A DNA stretch of 64,000 nt from an uncultured delta proteobacterium (GTDB taxonomy: Bacteria > Desulfobacterota > BSN033 > UBA1163): contig CAVPSJ010000004.1 of the NCBI GenBank assembly GCA_963708295.1, forward strand, positions 64,001-128,000, read 5' to 3'. The notes under the pieces are model-generated. The model saw nothing but the letters and a program-made list of their open reading frames with translations, was not told the origin of the DNA and searched no databases. Below are positions 50,602 to 62,854 of the stretch, one piece after another. Numbering within the stretch: the stretch's first letter is position 1; every line of letters begins with the position of its first letter. The translations under genes and the position numbers were made by a program.

Positions 50602-51656
50602 TTAATCCATTGAAGGGAGCAACGGAACCTTCAGGACGTCTTCCGGAATCTTTCCTGTTAAGGATTTCAAAAATGTGACGATCTCTTCGACCTGAGACTT
50701 GTTAAGGTCTTTCCCAGCTGAATTTTCCCCATGATCCAAACCGCATCCTCAAGCTTGTCCACGGAGCCGTCGTGGAAATAAGGGGCGGTCTTTGCAACAT
50801 TTCTGTGGATCGGCACTTTAAAGACGTATTTATCGGCCTCGTTTTTCGTGACGACATATCTTCCTTCATCTATCGGTTCACTCTTCGTATATTTCCAGTA
50901 GGGCTCAAATATTCCAGATTTTTGATACACCTGTCCGCCAACATAGGGGCCGGAATGGCACATGATGCACCCTGCTTCCATATATGTTTTTAATCCCCTT
51001 TTCTCTTGTCCATTCAATGCGGCGATATCGCCTTTTAAAAAGGAATCAAAGGGGGAAGGAGTAACGAGTGTCCTCTCAAAAGCACCAATTGCTTTTGCAA
51101 GATTATCTACCGTTACTGGATCGGTTTCTCCCGGGAATGCCTTCTTAAACAGGTCCATATATCCTTTGATCTCTTTAAGCTTTTTTTCTACGGCCTCATT
51201 CGACGGCATCCCAAAGGAAGGCGGACCGATCACCGATTGCCTTGCCTGGTCTTCCACATCTGTTCGGTTTCCTATCCAATGGGCGGAAATCTGTCCTGCT
51301 GCATTAAAAAGGGTGGGGGCATTTCTTGGATTGACTTTGCAATTATTCCCGATCGACTTCTTTAGCCCATCCGCCGCATATAAACCGATCGGATGGCATC
51401 TCGCACAGCTGACTGTTCCGTCTACGGAGATCCGCGTTTCATAAAAAAGTATTTTCCCTAATTTCGACCTTTTCAGGGGTGATCGGATTTTTATCAGACG
51501 ACATCACCTGCGGCAAAGGACCGAAAATCTGTTTTGCCTGTTTTAGCAAGTCTTCATCTCCGTTGTCAGCCAGCGACGACCCTGCAAAGCATACGATTAA
51601 GAAAGATAGAATCATTCTCAAAATAGGATGATGATCCAATCTCTTTTCCTTCCCAT
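50602..51656 (-). CDS. Di-heme cytochrome c peroxidase, frameshifted
   Basis: SCARCH, RNAPTLFNA, CIMCH, FKVP...PYFHDGSV. Confidence 0.9.
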
Positions 51657-51699
51657 GAGATCCTCCTTTACTGACATACTTCCTCCTCGATCATGAAAC

Positions 51700-52927
51700 T
51701 TAAACATAACCCAATACGGATAGTACCCAGCCGACGGCAGCTCCTCCAAGAATCAACCAGGTGGCGTTGACCTTCCAGCGAAAACTCACCCCGAGAGCGG
51801 CCAGAGCGATTAGCCATGCAGGGAAACCCGTGAGCGTCGTTTGACCCAATTTCACGATGACTGCCAACATGAGAGCAACCGAGCTCACATTCACTGCATC
51901 GAGGAAAGCAGAAGTCCAAGAGGAGCGGCGTAGGCGGGGGACAATAGGGTTGAGAGCGGCAACGAAGAAAAATGAAGGGAGAAAAATAGCAACGGTCGAG
52001 ACGACAGCACCCGGTATGCCCGATATCACATAACCGATAAAAGTAGCAGCCGAAAGCACAGGGCCAGGCGTGAATTGTCCAATGGCGATAGCGTCAAGCA
52101 GTTGTTGCTGAGAAAGCCAGCCGTAGTCGTGGACGAGCCCACCTTCTAAGAACGCCACCAACACATAACCGCTGCCAAAAAGAACTGCGCCGACCTTGAG
52201 AAAGAAGAGCTCCCAGTTTCAATAACGAAAAACCAATCGGCCCGCTGAAACCAACTGCCATCATTGCCACCGTCCCCGCCACCGACCCCCATGATATCCG
52301 CACATTATGAAGAAGTGCGCCTATGGCGGTACTGATCCCTGCAGTTATCTCAAGGACCGAGGGAGTTCCTCTCCGAGGAGGCAGCCGCAGCCAGAACATG
52401 CCGATAACTCCACCCAGGAGGAGCACAGCGATCTCGTTCATCTTGAGAAGAGAGGCAAGGGTCACGAACAAACCAATCACCAGAAGCCGCCAGCTTTTGA
52501 CGGCAGTTCTCCCCAGCCTCCAGACGGCGAAAAAAATAACGGCAAGAACAGCCGGCTTAATCCCGTAAAAGAATGGGATGACGTTTGGAAGTGACCCAAA
52601 CTTCACGTAAGCCCAGGCAAAAGCCGCTGTAATCACAACTGCAGGAAGAATGAAGGAAATGCCGGCAACGGCAAGCCCTGACCATCCTGCTCGTATATAC
52701 CCTATATGAATGGCCATCTCGGTGGAATTCGGCCCAGGGATTAGATTGGTTGCACCCACTAAATCCAGGAAATACTCTCGCGTGATCCACTTACGTCGCC
52801 GCACAATCTCCTCTTCCATCATCGCAATGTGGGCCGCCGGTCCGCCGAATCCAATCGTGCCAAGTTTGAGAAAAATACCTGCCAGTTCTTTCAATCGGGT
52901 GTTTTTCTTCGGATCTGGATCAACCAT
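51700..52927 (-). CDS. chrA: Chromate efflux transporter, frameshifted
   Basis: GFGGPAAH, NLIPGPNSTE, GQFTPGP. Confidence 0.92.
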
Positions 52928-52993
52928 TCTGCTTCGACCACTCCTTCAAGAACCTCTTCGAGTGTGCATTGCCTAATCGTCATGGGTTCTCGT

Positions 52994-53728
52994 TTATATG
53001 TTTGCCGTGAATTGCGACAGGTCGTAAATGCCCACTCTCTTTTCCAATTTTTCCACCTCGTCCACGATCTTCTCAAATCCATTCTTTCCGAAAAGCTTCT
53101 GTTCTTCATCCTCGAAGATGTCCCCCAGGCGATCATATTCCTCCGGGGAAACAATGGTGTGAAGGGCTGGAAATAGGACCGTATCTTCGCGGGCTTTGTG
53201 GGGACGATACATTCGAGTGAAGAGGCCCAAATATTTGGCCAGTCTCCCTTTCTCCCCGGGAGCCTTCAGTGAGGGGAGCATAGACAAGTCTCTGATACAA
53301 TCCGTCAAGCGCCGACCGGCTTGATGCTGTAGGAGCAATATTTTTACAAGATCGACAAACATCCCTGCCTTTTCAAATCTTGGGAAGAGGTAATTCTCCT
53401 CAAGTTTTTCATGGTAGTCTTCCACGAACCTGCGAATGAGCCCGGTTGAATTGACAAGAACTTCTGCAGGAACTTCCTTTCCGCTGTTTACACGTATGAT
53501 AATCTCATCGTAGACGAGGAGGATCCGGGCAAGCGCCCCATGTTCGCGCATCAGGTCTTCCACGGGAGAAATTTCTATCTCTTTCTGCTCCTGAGACCCC
53601 TTTTCCGGATTCGATTTTGCCGTTTCTTGAGCAATTAAATGAGCAGGTTGGATCACGGCTGCTGTGGCAATCAGGATTCCACTCTTTTTTATAAACTCTC
53701 TCCGTTGGGAATGGACCCCCTCTCTCAT
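52994..53728 (-). CDS. Hemerythrin (HHE) domain protein with Tat-like signal
   Basis: RREFIK signal; LMREHG, YHEKLEE, QH, H..REDTVLFP. Confidence 0.85.
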   Translation of the reverse strand: MREGVHSQRREFIKKSGILIATAAVIQPAHLIAQETAKSNPEKGSQEQKEIEISPVEDLMREHGALARILLVYDEIIIRVNSGKEVPAEVLVNSTGLIRRFVEDYHEKLEENYLFPRFEKAGMFVDLVKILLLQHQAGRRLTDCIRDLSMLPSLKAPGEKGRLAKYLGLFTRMYRPHKAREDTVLFPALHTIVSPEEYDRLGDIFEDEEQKLFGKNGFEKIVDEVEKLEKRVGIYDLSQFTANI

Positions 53729-53877
53729 AAAAACCTCCTCTCCGGGATTTCATGTAAAGAAGCCTTTACATTATAAAGCTATTCGAATGACTCTGAAAAA
53801 TAAATAAGGTGAATCTTGTATTTTCTGACAAACTGTTGCGTATTTTGGGTGCGAGGCGTACAAAGGGAGCCTCCTTG

Positions 53878-54018
53878 ATACTTCGACGGCGCCAAACCCC
53901 CTCCTCTTTAATACAGGGTGAAAAACGCCGCTTAGTATCAACCCTGAGCTCTCGACCCGAGCTCAGGCCGAAGGGCAAACCCCCGTGCTTTAGACCGGGG
54001 AAAGTCGAAGGGTTGATT
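53878..54018. repeat. Nested palindromic repeat cluster upstream of aor
   Basis: cttcgac...gtcgaag ends, accctgagc...gctcagg and cccc...gggg hairpins. Confidence 0.55.
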
Positions 54019-54049
54019 TAACTCTCCAATTTCATTTAATATAGGGGTA

Positions 54050-55778
54050 ATGAAAGGATTTTTTAATCAGCTTCTCCGAATCAATCTCTCTCATCAGAAA
54101 TCCACGGTCGAACCCATTCCCGAATCCGTCCTTCGATCCTATCTGGGTGGAAAGGGATTAGGTTCTTACCTTCTTCTTAAAGAAAATCCACCCCATATCG
54201 ATCCCTTTTCACCTGAAAATCGCCTCATCTTCACATTGGGCCCCTTGGCGGATACTCCCTTTTATGGCTCCAGTCGTTACGCCGTCTTCACCAAATCGCC
54301 TCAGACCGGAATCTATTCCGAATCCTATTCCGGAGGAAAGATTACCCTCTCCCTCAGCCGAACGGGTTATGATGCCATCATCATTGAAGGAAAATCAAAA
54401 CATCCCATCTTTCTCGAGATCAGCGATCAAGAAGTCGTTTTCCATTCTGCATCAAGCCTCTGGGGAAAAGAGACCTATGAGGCAGAAGAGGCCATTCTCA
54501 AAAAGGTTGGCAAAGATTCCCGCGCTTTGGTCATCGGTCCGGCGGGAGAAAATTTGGTCAAATTTGCAGTGATCGAGAGTGAGCACGGGCGTTCTCTTGG
54601 AAGGGCCGGAATCGGAGCGGTGATGGGATCGAAGAAGTTGAAGGGGATTGTCTTCCACGGGAAGAAGCGCCGGGAGATTGCCGATCCCTCTTCTTTGAAA
54701 AGGTTGTCTCAGGAATTTAAAGAGCGAGTCAAGGGCAATGAGATCATTTACATGTATAAAAAATATGGAACCCCCATGCTGGTTTCCATCATGAACACCA
54801 TCGGCGCCTTTCCGACCCAATATTGGTCCAAAGGGACATTGGAGGGGTGGGAAGGGATCAGTGCGGAGAGCCTGATGGAACGTTGCCAGGTGAGTTCCAT
54901 CGCCTGCCCTTCTTGTTTCATGGCCTGTGGGAAAATCTCTGAGGTCAAACAGGGGAGGCACCGAGGCCTTCGCATCATGGGACCGGAATACGAAACGATT
55001 TATGCCTTCGGGGGACTCTGTATGGTCAATTCCATTGAGGAAATCATCTATCTCAACGATCTCTGTGATCGCCTGGGAATCGATACGATTACCGCGGGAA
55101 ACTTAGCCGCCTTTGCCATCGAGGCCTCAAAAAGAAGAAGATTAAAGACAACCTCGACTATGGAGAGGTGGATGGGATTGCTGAGATCTTAACGAAGATC
55201 GCTTACAGAAAGGGAGTGGGCCGGATCTTATCGGAAGGGGTTCGCCATGCCGCAAAGGTCTGGGGGATGGAGGAGGAGGCAATCCATGTGAAGGGCCTGG
55301 AGCCTGCGGGCTTTGATCCCAGGGTATTGAAGGGAATGGGGCTTGCTTATGCCACATCGGATCGGGGCGCCTGCCATCTCAGGGCCACCTTTTATAAATC
55401 TGAACTCTCCGGTCAGATTCACCCCAACCAGATTAAAGGAAAGGCCAAGCTTTTTGTCGATTATGAGGACAAGATGACCCTTTTCGACGCCCTGATCCTC
55501 TGCCGGTTTTATCGGGATCTCATCACCTGGAAGGATCTTCAGGAGATCATCAAATCCAGTTGTGGTTTCTCATCAGATAGAAAGATCTCAAGACCATGGC
55601 CTCCGGAATTATCAATCTCGCCAGAGCTTTCAATCAACAAGAAGGGGTGACAAAAAAAGAGGACAAACTGCCCCGCCGATTCTTTCGAGAGGTCCTCCAG
55701 GACACGGGGAAAACGATCCAGCCCCAGGATCTGAAGGTGATGCTAAAGGAGTATTATCAATTAAGGGGTTGGAAGTAG
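54050..55778 (+). CDS. aor: Aldehyde:ferredoxin oxidoreductase family (W-dependent), frameshifted
   Basis: YLGGKGLG, KSPQTG, GRAGIGAVMGSKKLK, CPSCFMAC, GPEYET, DRGACH. Confidence 0.92.
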
Positions 55779-55833
55779 ACCTTTTACCTGCGATTCTCAA
55801 CATGGTAAAATTCATTAACGGTAAGGAAAGGAC

Positions 55834-57421
55834 ATGGTTTTAGAAGTCTAAAGACAAAGATTCTTCTCAGCGTCATCATCGTTGTGGTGGTGATCGAAGG
55901 ACTTTTCCTTTACCTCAATATCCACTCCCTCTCCCAGCAGATGATCGACAAAACGGAAGAGGAGGCCTTCAACCTCAGCGAGACGATCCGTCTGAGCATT
56001 CGGAATGCCATGATCAAGGACCGAAGGGACGAATATCAGAGGATCATCGATGATGTTGCCCAGAGAAAAGGAATTGCCGAGGTCAGAATCTTCAACAAGC
56101 AGGGCGAGATCACCGTCTCTTCCGATAAGACCAAGGTCGGAACGGTGGTCGATAAGCAGGCAGAGGCCTGTTATGGGTGCCATCGGGAAGGAGAGACAAA
56201 GGTTCTCCTCCCATCCGATAGCAAAACCCGCATCTATCATACGGAAAAGAGAAGCCTTCTTGGATTGATCAACCCGATCTACAATGAATCCTCCTGTTAC
56301 CCCTGCCATCCCAAAACGACAAATGTCCTCGGGGTTTTAGACACCACGATCAGCCTCGAGGATTTTGAAAAGGAGAAAGCCCAGATCTACAACCGGATGA
56401 TGATCTCAGGAATCATCAGTGTCATCGTTCTCAGGTTTCTGCTCAGTCTCTTGCTCACCCGATTTGTCAACCGGCCCATCGATAAACTCCTCGCTGCCAC
56501 GAAAGAGGCTGCTCACGGAAATCTCGATCAGATGGTGTCGGCATTCGAATCCCATGACGAACTGGGGGAGCTTTCCGACTCCTTCAACAACATGATCTCC
56601 GAATTGAAACGGTCTCGAGATGCCATCGAGGAATGGACCCAAACTCTGGAGCATCGCGTTCAGGAGAGAACCCAGGAGCTTCAGCAGGTTCAGGATCAAC
56701 TCATCCGTGCCGGCAAGATGGCTGCCCTTGGAGAACTGGCAGCAGGTGTGGCCCATGAGATCAACAACCCCCTCACCGGGGTCCTCACCTTCAGTTCCCT
56801 GATGCTCAAGAAGGTGGATGAAAACCATCCCTGGAGAAAAGACCTGGAGAACATTGTTCAGCAGACCACTCGATGCCGGAACATCGTCAAGGGGCTTTTA
56901 GACTTTGCCCGGCAGAGGAAGCCGGATAAGAGAGAGTGGGATATCCATCTCTTAATCGACAAGACGCTCACCCTGGTTGAAAAACAGGCTCCTTTCCAGA
57001 ATATCAAGATTGTCAAGGAATTTAAGACCGGGATCCCCATGCTCTTTGTGGATGGAGACCAGATCCAGCAGGTCTTCATGAACATCCTGCTCAATGCAGC
57101 CGATGCCATGGCAGGAAAGGGTGGCATCTGACCATTAAAACGGACTTAAAAGATGGATTGGCAGAGGTCTCTTTTACCGACACGGGGTGCGGGATTTCCA
57201 AAGAACATCTTTCGAAACTCTTCGATCCCTTCTTTACGACGAAAGAAACTGGCAAAGGAACCGGATTGGGGCTTGCCATCAGTTACGGAATCGTTCAAAG
57301 CCACGGGGGCGATATCGAGGTCGAAAGCGAGGTGGGAAAGGGATCGACCTTCCGGATTAAACTTCCCATTGAAAAGTCGAATCGGGAGCCGCGGAGAGGC
57401 TCGGATGCAGGGAAGGGGTAG
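55834..57421 (+). CDS. HAMP sensor histidine kinase with CxxCH motifs in the periplasmic domain, frameshifted
   Basis: [31 protein letters not shown]. Confidence 0.9.
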
Positions 57422-57447
57422 CTGTGTTACCCTGATCCTCGTCCTTT

Positions 57448-58150
57448 CTACAACGCTCTTGGCGGCAGGTCAGCGCTCCGCACGACCGCGCCAGCCGCGA
57501 TGGGCGTAGCAGTGTACCGGAGCGCCGAGCGCCTCCAGCGTCCCATCGGGGGAAACGCACAGCCCGGCTCCCTGTTGGAATCCCGTAACCCAGCGTGCCT
57601 TCCGGGCGTCAACCGCAACAGGGCGCGCAGTTCCTCCCACCCCTCTGCTTCGCCGTGCGTATCACAGACGATCGGCGCAAACCCCATGCAGGGGAAGAGA
57701 TTCGCTGTCGCGTCGTCGTCAGGGTCCTCCCACCGCACCCACTGACGCCCGAGCATGATGCTCCCCGCCGAACTGCCGAAGAAAGGCTTGCCCCTCTCGA
57801 ATAGCTCGCGGAGGAAGGGCAGGATCTGCCTCTCTTCCAGGACTTCCATTCCTGCCTCGACGTCGCCGCCGCTGATAAAGACCATGTCGGCCGACTCCAG
57901 GATGGCTCGAGCCTTTTCGAGCTTGCTCCGCTTGCCGGCCAGCGGGGCAAGGGTGACGCGCCCTGCACCGCACCTGACGCAAATAGCGCGAGATCATCGA
58001 GAAGAACGGCTGGCTGTCACCGCTGGCAGCACCGACATAGGCAATCGACGGGTGAGGCACGCCGCAGCTCGCCAGAACCCGCGTCAGCAGCGGATCTCTG
58101 TCCGTGCGGAGCGAACCTCGTCCGCCTGCCAGGAGATAAATGGACACTGG
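57448..58150 (-). CDS. Peptidase S51 (peptidase E-like, GATase fold), frameshifted
   Basis: IAYVGAASGD, FISGGDV, GSSAGSIM, DTH. Confidence 0.75.
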
Positions 58151-59549
58151 CCCCGGAGTTTCTGTCCAATCCGTCGTCTTCCTCAGATTCCCTGGGTGCA
58201 AACTGGTCGTCGAGCAAGACGTCGGGATCGATGGGATCGAGCCTCTTCGAGAGGCAGTATTTACCCGGCGGGTCAGGAGCAATCGCTTCGACGGGATCTG
58301 TTGTGATGACCGCCGCTGGCCCGTACACTGTCCGGAGTGCGTCGCGGGCTTCATTCGCCACGCCGCTCCACCGCAGCTTCCTCGGCCACGAAGCGAAGAT
58401 GGTAGGCCGAGGAGCCTGTCTGGAGGATCTGGTATTCCACCAACCCCGCAACAGAGCCCAGGGCGCGATCCACGGCTGCCTTGCGTCACCGCTCGACCCT
58501 CCGGCGTCAGCGTGAGGTTCACCGTGCGTCCCTCCACCGACATCAAGAGTCAGTCCTTCACGGCGGCCGCAGGGACAGGGAGTATGTCCGTCCAGCCGCA
58601 CCACATCACCGATGTCGAAGCGCACCAGGGAGCGCCAGGGGTTGCCAAAGGTGGTGACCAGGATGCGTCCCACATCCGGCCCGCCATGCTCAGGGCGCAA
58701 AGGGCAGAAAGTCCACGTGGCAGGTGGTGGTCACCTGGTGCAGACGCCCGGCTTCGCACTCCATAAACACATAACCTGCTTCGGTTGCGCCATAAGAACT
58801 GGCGATGGGCGCATCGAAGGCCCGACCGATCTGGCGCCGGTGCAGGACCGAGGGATTCTCGTACGTCAGGACAATGAGGGCCGGCGAGTGCACGGGCAGC
58901 CGGCGCCTGACAATATGGCGTGAGAGCCTGGCCAGAAATGACGGGTTTGCCTCCAGGATGACCGGTTCGAAGATATTGAGCTCTTCCACCATGCGATCCA
59001 TCAGGTCGCTGCTCCAGGAACTCGGGTCGGAGCGCTCGCTCAGGAAGAGAAAGCGGCCCAAGGTGCGCTGTTCCATCGTCAGATAACCGTCTTCACACGG
59101 AAACCCGGCACACCAGGGGCTCGTGAGGATTGCCTCACGATGGGCCCCGGTGGCCACGGCGCGAGCGTGAGCATTCAGTTGCCAGGATGCCGCTTCAGAT
59201 GCGTTCCACCAGGGTTGATACCAGACGTTGGTGACGCTGATCCCCCGTTGCGCCGCTCGTTGCGACCAACTCAATCTCATGCGCGTCCAATCCCTCGGCG
59301 ATATCACGGCCATGGGGCACGAACCCTTGCGGACCGCCCGCACGCAGCTCCCGTTTGGTCAACGCCGGTAACGCCGCAAAGCGAGAGAACACGGGCGAAG
59401 CGCGCCCAGGGTCCAACGTGCGCCATGAATCATACGCCTCCGTAGAGTACAATGCCTCGTCAAGCGTCTCGCTACAGCGCTGCTGGATAGTGCGCTTTGT
59501 ACCGCGAAGCCAAAGCAAAAGAGTGTTTGATGGGTGTATCGATGCTCAT
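58100..59549 (-). CDS. Phenylacetate-CoA ligase-like (ANL family) protein, frameshifted
   Basis: LPALTKREL, TSGATG, SYGATEAG, LVRFDIGD, CPCGR, VEGR. Confidence 0.75.
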
Positions 59550-59668
59550 GAAAGTAGTCTCTCTCCTTCCTTAGTTTCCTCCGTCTCCAGCCTTTTCTCC
59601 GCCCCCTCCATGTCAGTTTCCCTCTTTCTCCTGAAGGCACTGCGAGATCCTCATGAGCGTGACCGAGA

Positions 59669-60711
59669 TCAGCCTTTCTCACCTGCGATCTCCTTCAGAT
59701 TGACGTGCTTCCGAACCAATTGCTCAAGAAGAGTAATCTTTTGTGCTGTCCTCTTTGGCGATGAGAGATTCGATCGCATCGATCTGGGTGGCCACCCGGT
59801 AGGTGTCCTGAGACACGAGAAGCAAGGGAATGTTTCGTTCTTCGGCCTTCGAGATGATGCTCGACGAAGGCAAGATATTGTTCGTAATCACCAGACAGGC
59901 GGCGTCGCTTTCGATCGCAGCCAGGATCATATCCGCCCGGTCCCCGGGCGTGATCACCAGCTTTCCTTCCTGTTTAAACAGCGGCGTCTGATACAGGGCG
60001 TTGATCGACATGGCCCCCACCAGAATATTCTTCACCACCCGGCTCAACCCTTTCTCCCCGGTCACCACCTTTGCAAACAGCCGCTTTGCCAGGAAATCGG
60101 CCGTCACATAGGTCAGTTCCTTCTCATACGGGAGTATCCCCAAAACGGGTATCCCTTGTTTCGTCGATCTCTCGAAGATAAACCGTTTCAAAATCCTCCG
60201 GGTTCTGCACGCTGTTGAAGATGACACCCTTGAAGGCCACATGGGTCATATCCAGGTAGTTCTTCACAAAGATCGTATCATCCAGCAGGACATCTCCATG
60301 GCCATCGATCAAGACCAAAAGCTTCCCTCCAATGTCACGGGTAATCGAAAGAGGATCCAGGCCCAACGAGATCCCGTAACGCAGATTTTCGGCCCCTTCC
60401 ACAAAAAGCAACTCCTTGCCCGCGTGAGACACCATCTCCAGGAGCTTCCGCCTTCTTCCCTCCTCGTCATACATGTACCGAAGTTTCGAATGTTCGAACC
60501 CAATCGTCATATCTTCCGGATTTTCCTTCATCCCGAAAACGGACGCGATCAGCTCCGCATCATAATCCCACACTTTCTTTTCCCGGTACACCATCCGGTC
60601 TCCCAAAGGCTTCATATAACCGAATGACTTCCCCAAGGCCTTTGCCATCCCCATGATCAGGCTGGTCTTGCCCGCCCCCTTCCCCGTTGATGCAATGACT
60701 AATTTTTCCAT
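59669..60711 (-). CDS. Phosphotransacetylase N-terminal (AAA_26/DRTGG) family protein, frameshifted
   Basis: GAGKTS, GYMKPLG, VGAM, ITPGDRAD. Confidence 0.85.
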
Positions 60712-60724
60712 CGATCTCTCCTCT

Positions 60725-62853
60725 TCAATAAGCTGAAAGCAGGATCCGAACATCCACGGCCTTCGCACCCCGATCATCCACCACAAGGGGATTGATCTCG
60801 ATATCGGAAATACTCGGGTTCCGCTCAAGGCGGGACTGAAGGATGGCACCCACTTTCAAAATCGTATTCACTAGGCTCTCAATGTCTTTCTTTTTCTCAC
60901 CTCTCACACCCAGGAGGATGGGATAGGATTTGATCTCTTTGATCATGGTGATGACTTCTCTGCGGTCCAGAGGGAACCCCCTGAAAGAGACATCCTTCAT
61001 CACCTCCACGTAGATGCCCCCCAGTCCGCACATCACAATGGGACCGAAGGAAGGATCGTTCCTGGCGCCGACAATCAACTCGACGCCCGGATTTGACCAT
61101 CTCGGAAACCTCAACCCCTTCCAGCCTGGCACGGGGACTGGCTTTTCTGCAATTATGGATGATGGCTTCGTAGGCTTCGATCACCTCTTTCCTGTCCGTG
61201 AGATCCAGGGCAACTCCGCCGACGTCGCTTTTGTGAAGAATGTCCTTGGAAACGATTTTCATCACCACCGGATACCCGATCTTCTCCGCCGCCGACACCG
61301 CCTCTTCAAGATGATGGGCGATGAAACTGGAGGGGACGGGAATGCCCGCGGCCTTCATGACCTTCTGCCCTTCGTCGGCGAGGAGGAAGTGCCGCTTCTC
61401 TTCCTTCACTTTCTGGATCACCCTCTCGATCTCAGCGGTGTCGAGTAAGACCGGATCGATCCTGACGGGCGGATCCTTGAGGTAGCGGGTAATAGGTATA
61501 CATCGCTCCCATGCAGGAAACCGCTTCATAAGGATCGGTGAAGACAGGCACATCCCGTTTCTTCAGAGACTCGACACAGTTTTCTGTTTTCTCTCCTCCC
61601 ACCAGGCAGAAGACCGTCGGTTTCTTCGCCTCTCTAAAATTTCTATAGTTTTCTTCGATGATGGGGGATAGATTCTCGATGTCGAAAACCGCCGTTTCGC
61701 AATACATGGAAATCACCGCATGAATGTCCGGATCTTCAAAAGAGGCCTTAAAGGCACTCTGATAAAGTGAAGAGGTGGCTTCCCCGGTCAGGTCGATCGG
61801 ATTCTTCGTCGACCCAAAATAAGGCATCATCCCTGAGAAGGTCTCTTTCAGACGCTCATAGTCATCATAGAGTTTCACCCCATACTTTTCGCAGGCATCG
61901 GTCGCCAGGACACCGATCCCTCCTCCGTTCGTAACGATCACGGCGTTTTCTTCCTGAGGAAGGGGGCTATTCGCAAAGAACTTGCACCATTCCAGGGCCT
62001 CGTTAAGGCTTTCGGCCCTGATCGCATGGGACTGCCTCATCAGATAATCGAAGATCTCATCCGAGCCTGCCAGGGCACCGGTATGAGAGGCCGCGGCCAT
62101 GGCTCCTTTCTTGGATCGGCCTGCTTTCAAGACGACGACGGGTTTCTGCCTTGGCCGTCTTCTGAAGAACACTGGACAAACCGCTCGCCCGCTTTCAGCC
62201 CTTCGATGTAAATCAGGATCACCTGGGTCGCCTCATGATGAAGAAAATACTCCAGAAGGTCTGTCTCATTGATATCGGATTTATTCCCTACCGAGACAAT
62301 CGCCGAGAGACCGATGTTTTCAACGGCGGTCTTACCGATCATGGCGATGCCCAGGGCTCCGCTCTGCGTGATGATCGCGATATTTCCCGGCTTGATGTTC
62401 TTGGGGCCAAAGGTTGCATTGAGGGAACTGGAGGCCGAAAAGATCCCAAAGATGTTCGGGCCGAGGACGCGCATGCCGTGCTCCCGGGCACAGGCCGACG
62501 ATCTTTTTCTCTTCCTCCCGGTTTCCGATCTCAGAGAATCCTGAAGAGATGATCGGAGCGAACTTCACTCCCTTTTCGGCACAGCCTTTCACCACATCGA
62601 AGACGAATTTCGCAGGGACGACGATGACCCCGATATCCACCTCGTCTTCGACCTCCCGGACGTCTTTGTATCCCCGAAGTCCGAGGATCTCCTCCCCCCT
62701 GGAGTTGACAGGATAGATTCTTCCCGGATACCCTCCCGAAACGATATTGTCCAGGATCTTATACCCGATCTTGCGGGTATCCCGCGATGCTCCGATGACC
62801 GCAATGCTTTTTGGTTTAAAAAGAAATCGGATATCGGGTTCATCCGTTCTCAT
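60725..62853 (-). CDS. ADP-forming acetate/acyl-CoA ligase (fused alpha-beta), frameshifted
   Basis: PKSIAVIGAS, GPN, QSGA, SHTGALAG, HKSDVGGV, EINP. Confidence 0.9.
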
Positions 62854-62854
62854 C

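Noticed and set aside
14648-62853. Mass pseudogenisation or programmed frameshifting
   Set aside because: Single-base indels hit unrelated genes, often at short runs, while catalytic motifs remain intact and nonsense substitutions are rare; long-read consensus error is more likely (needs read polishing to confirm)
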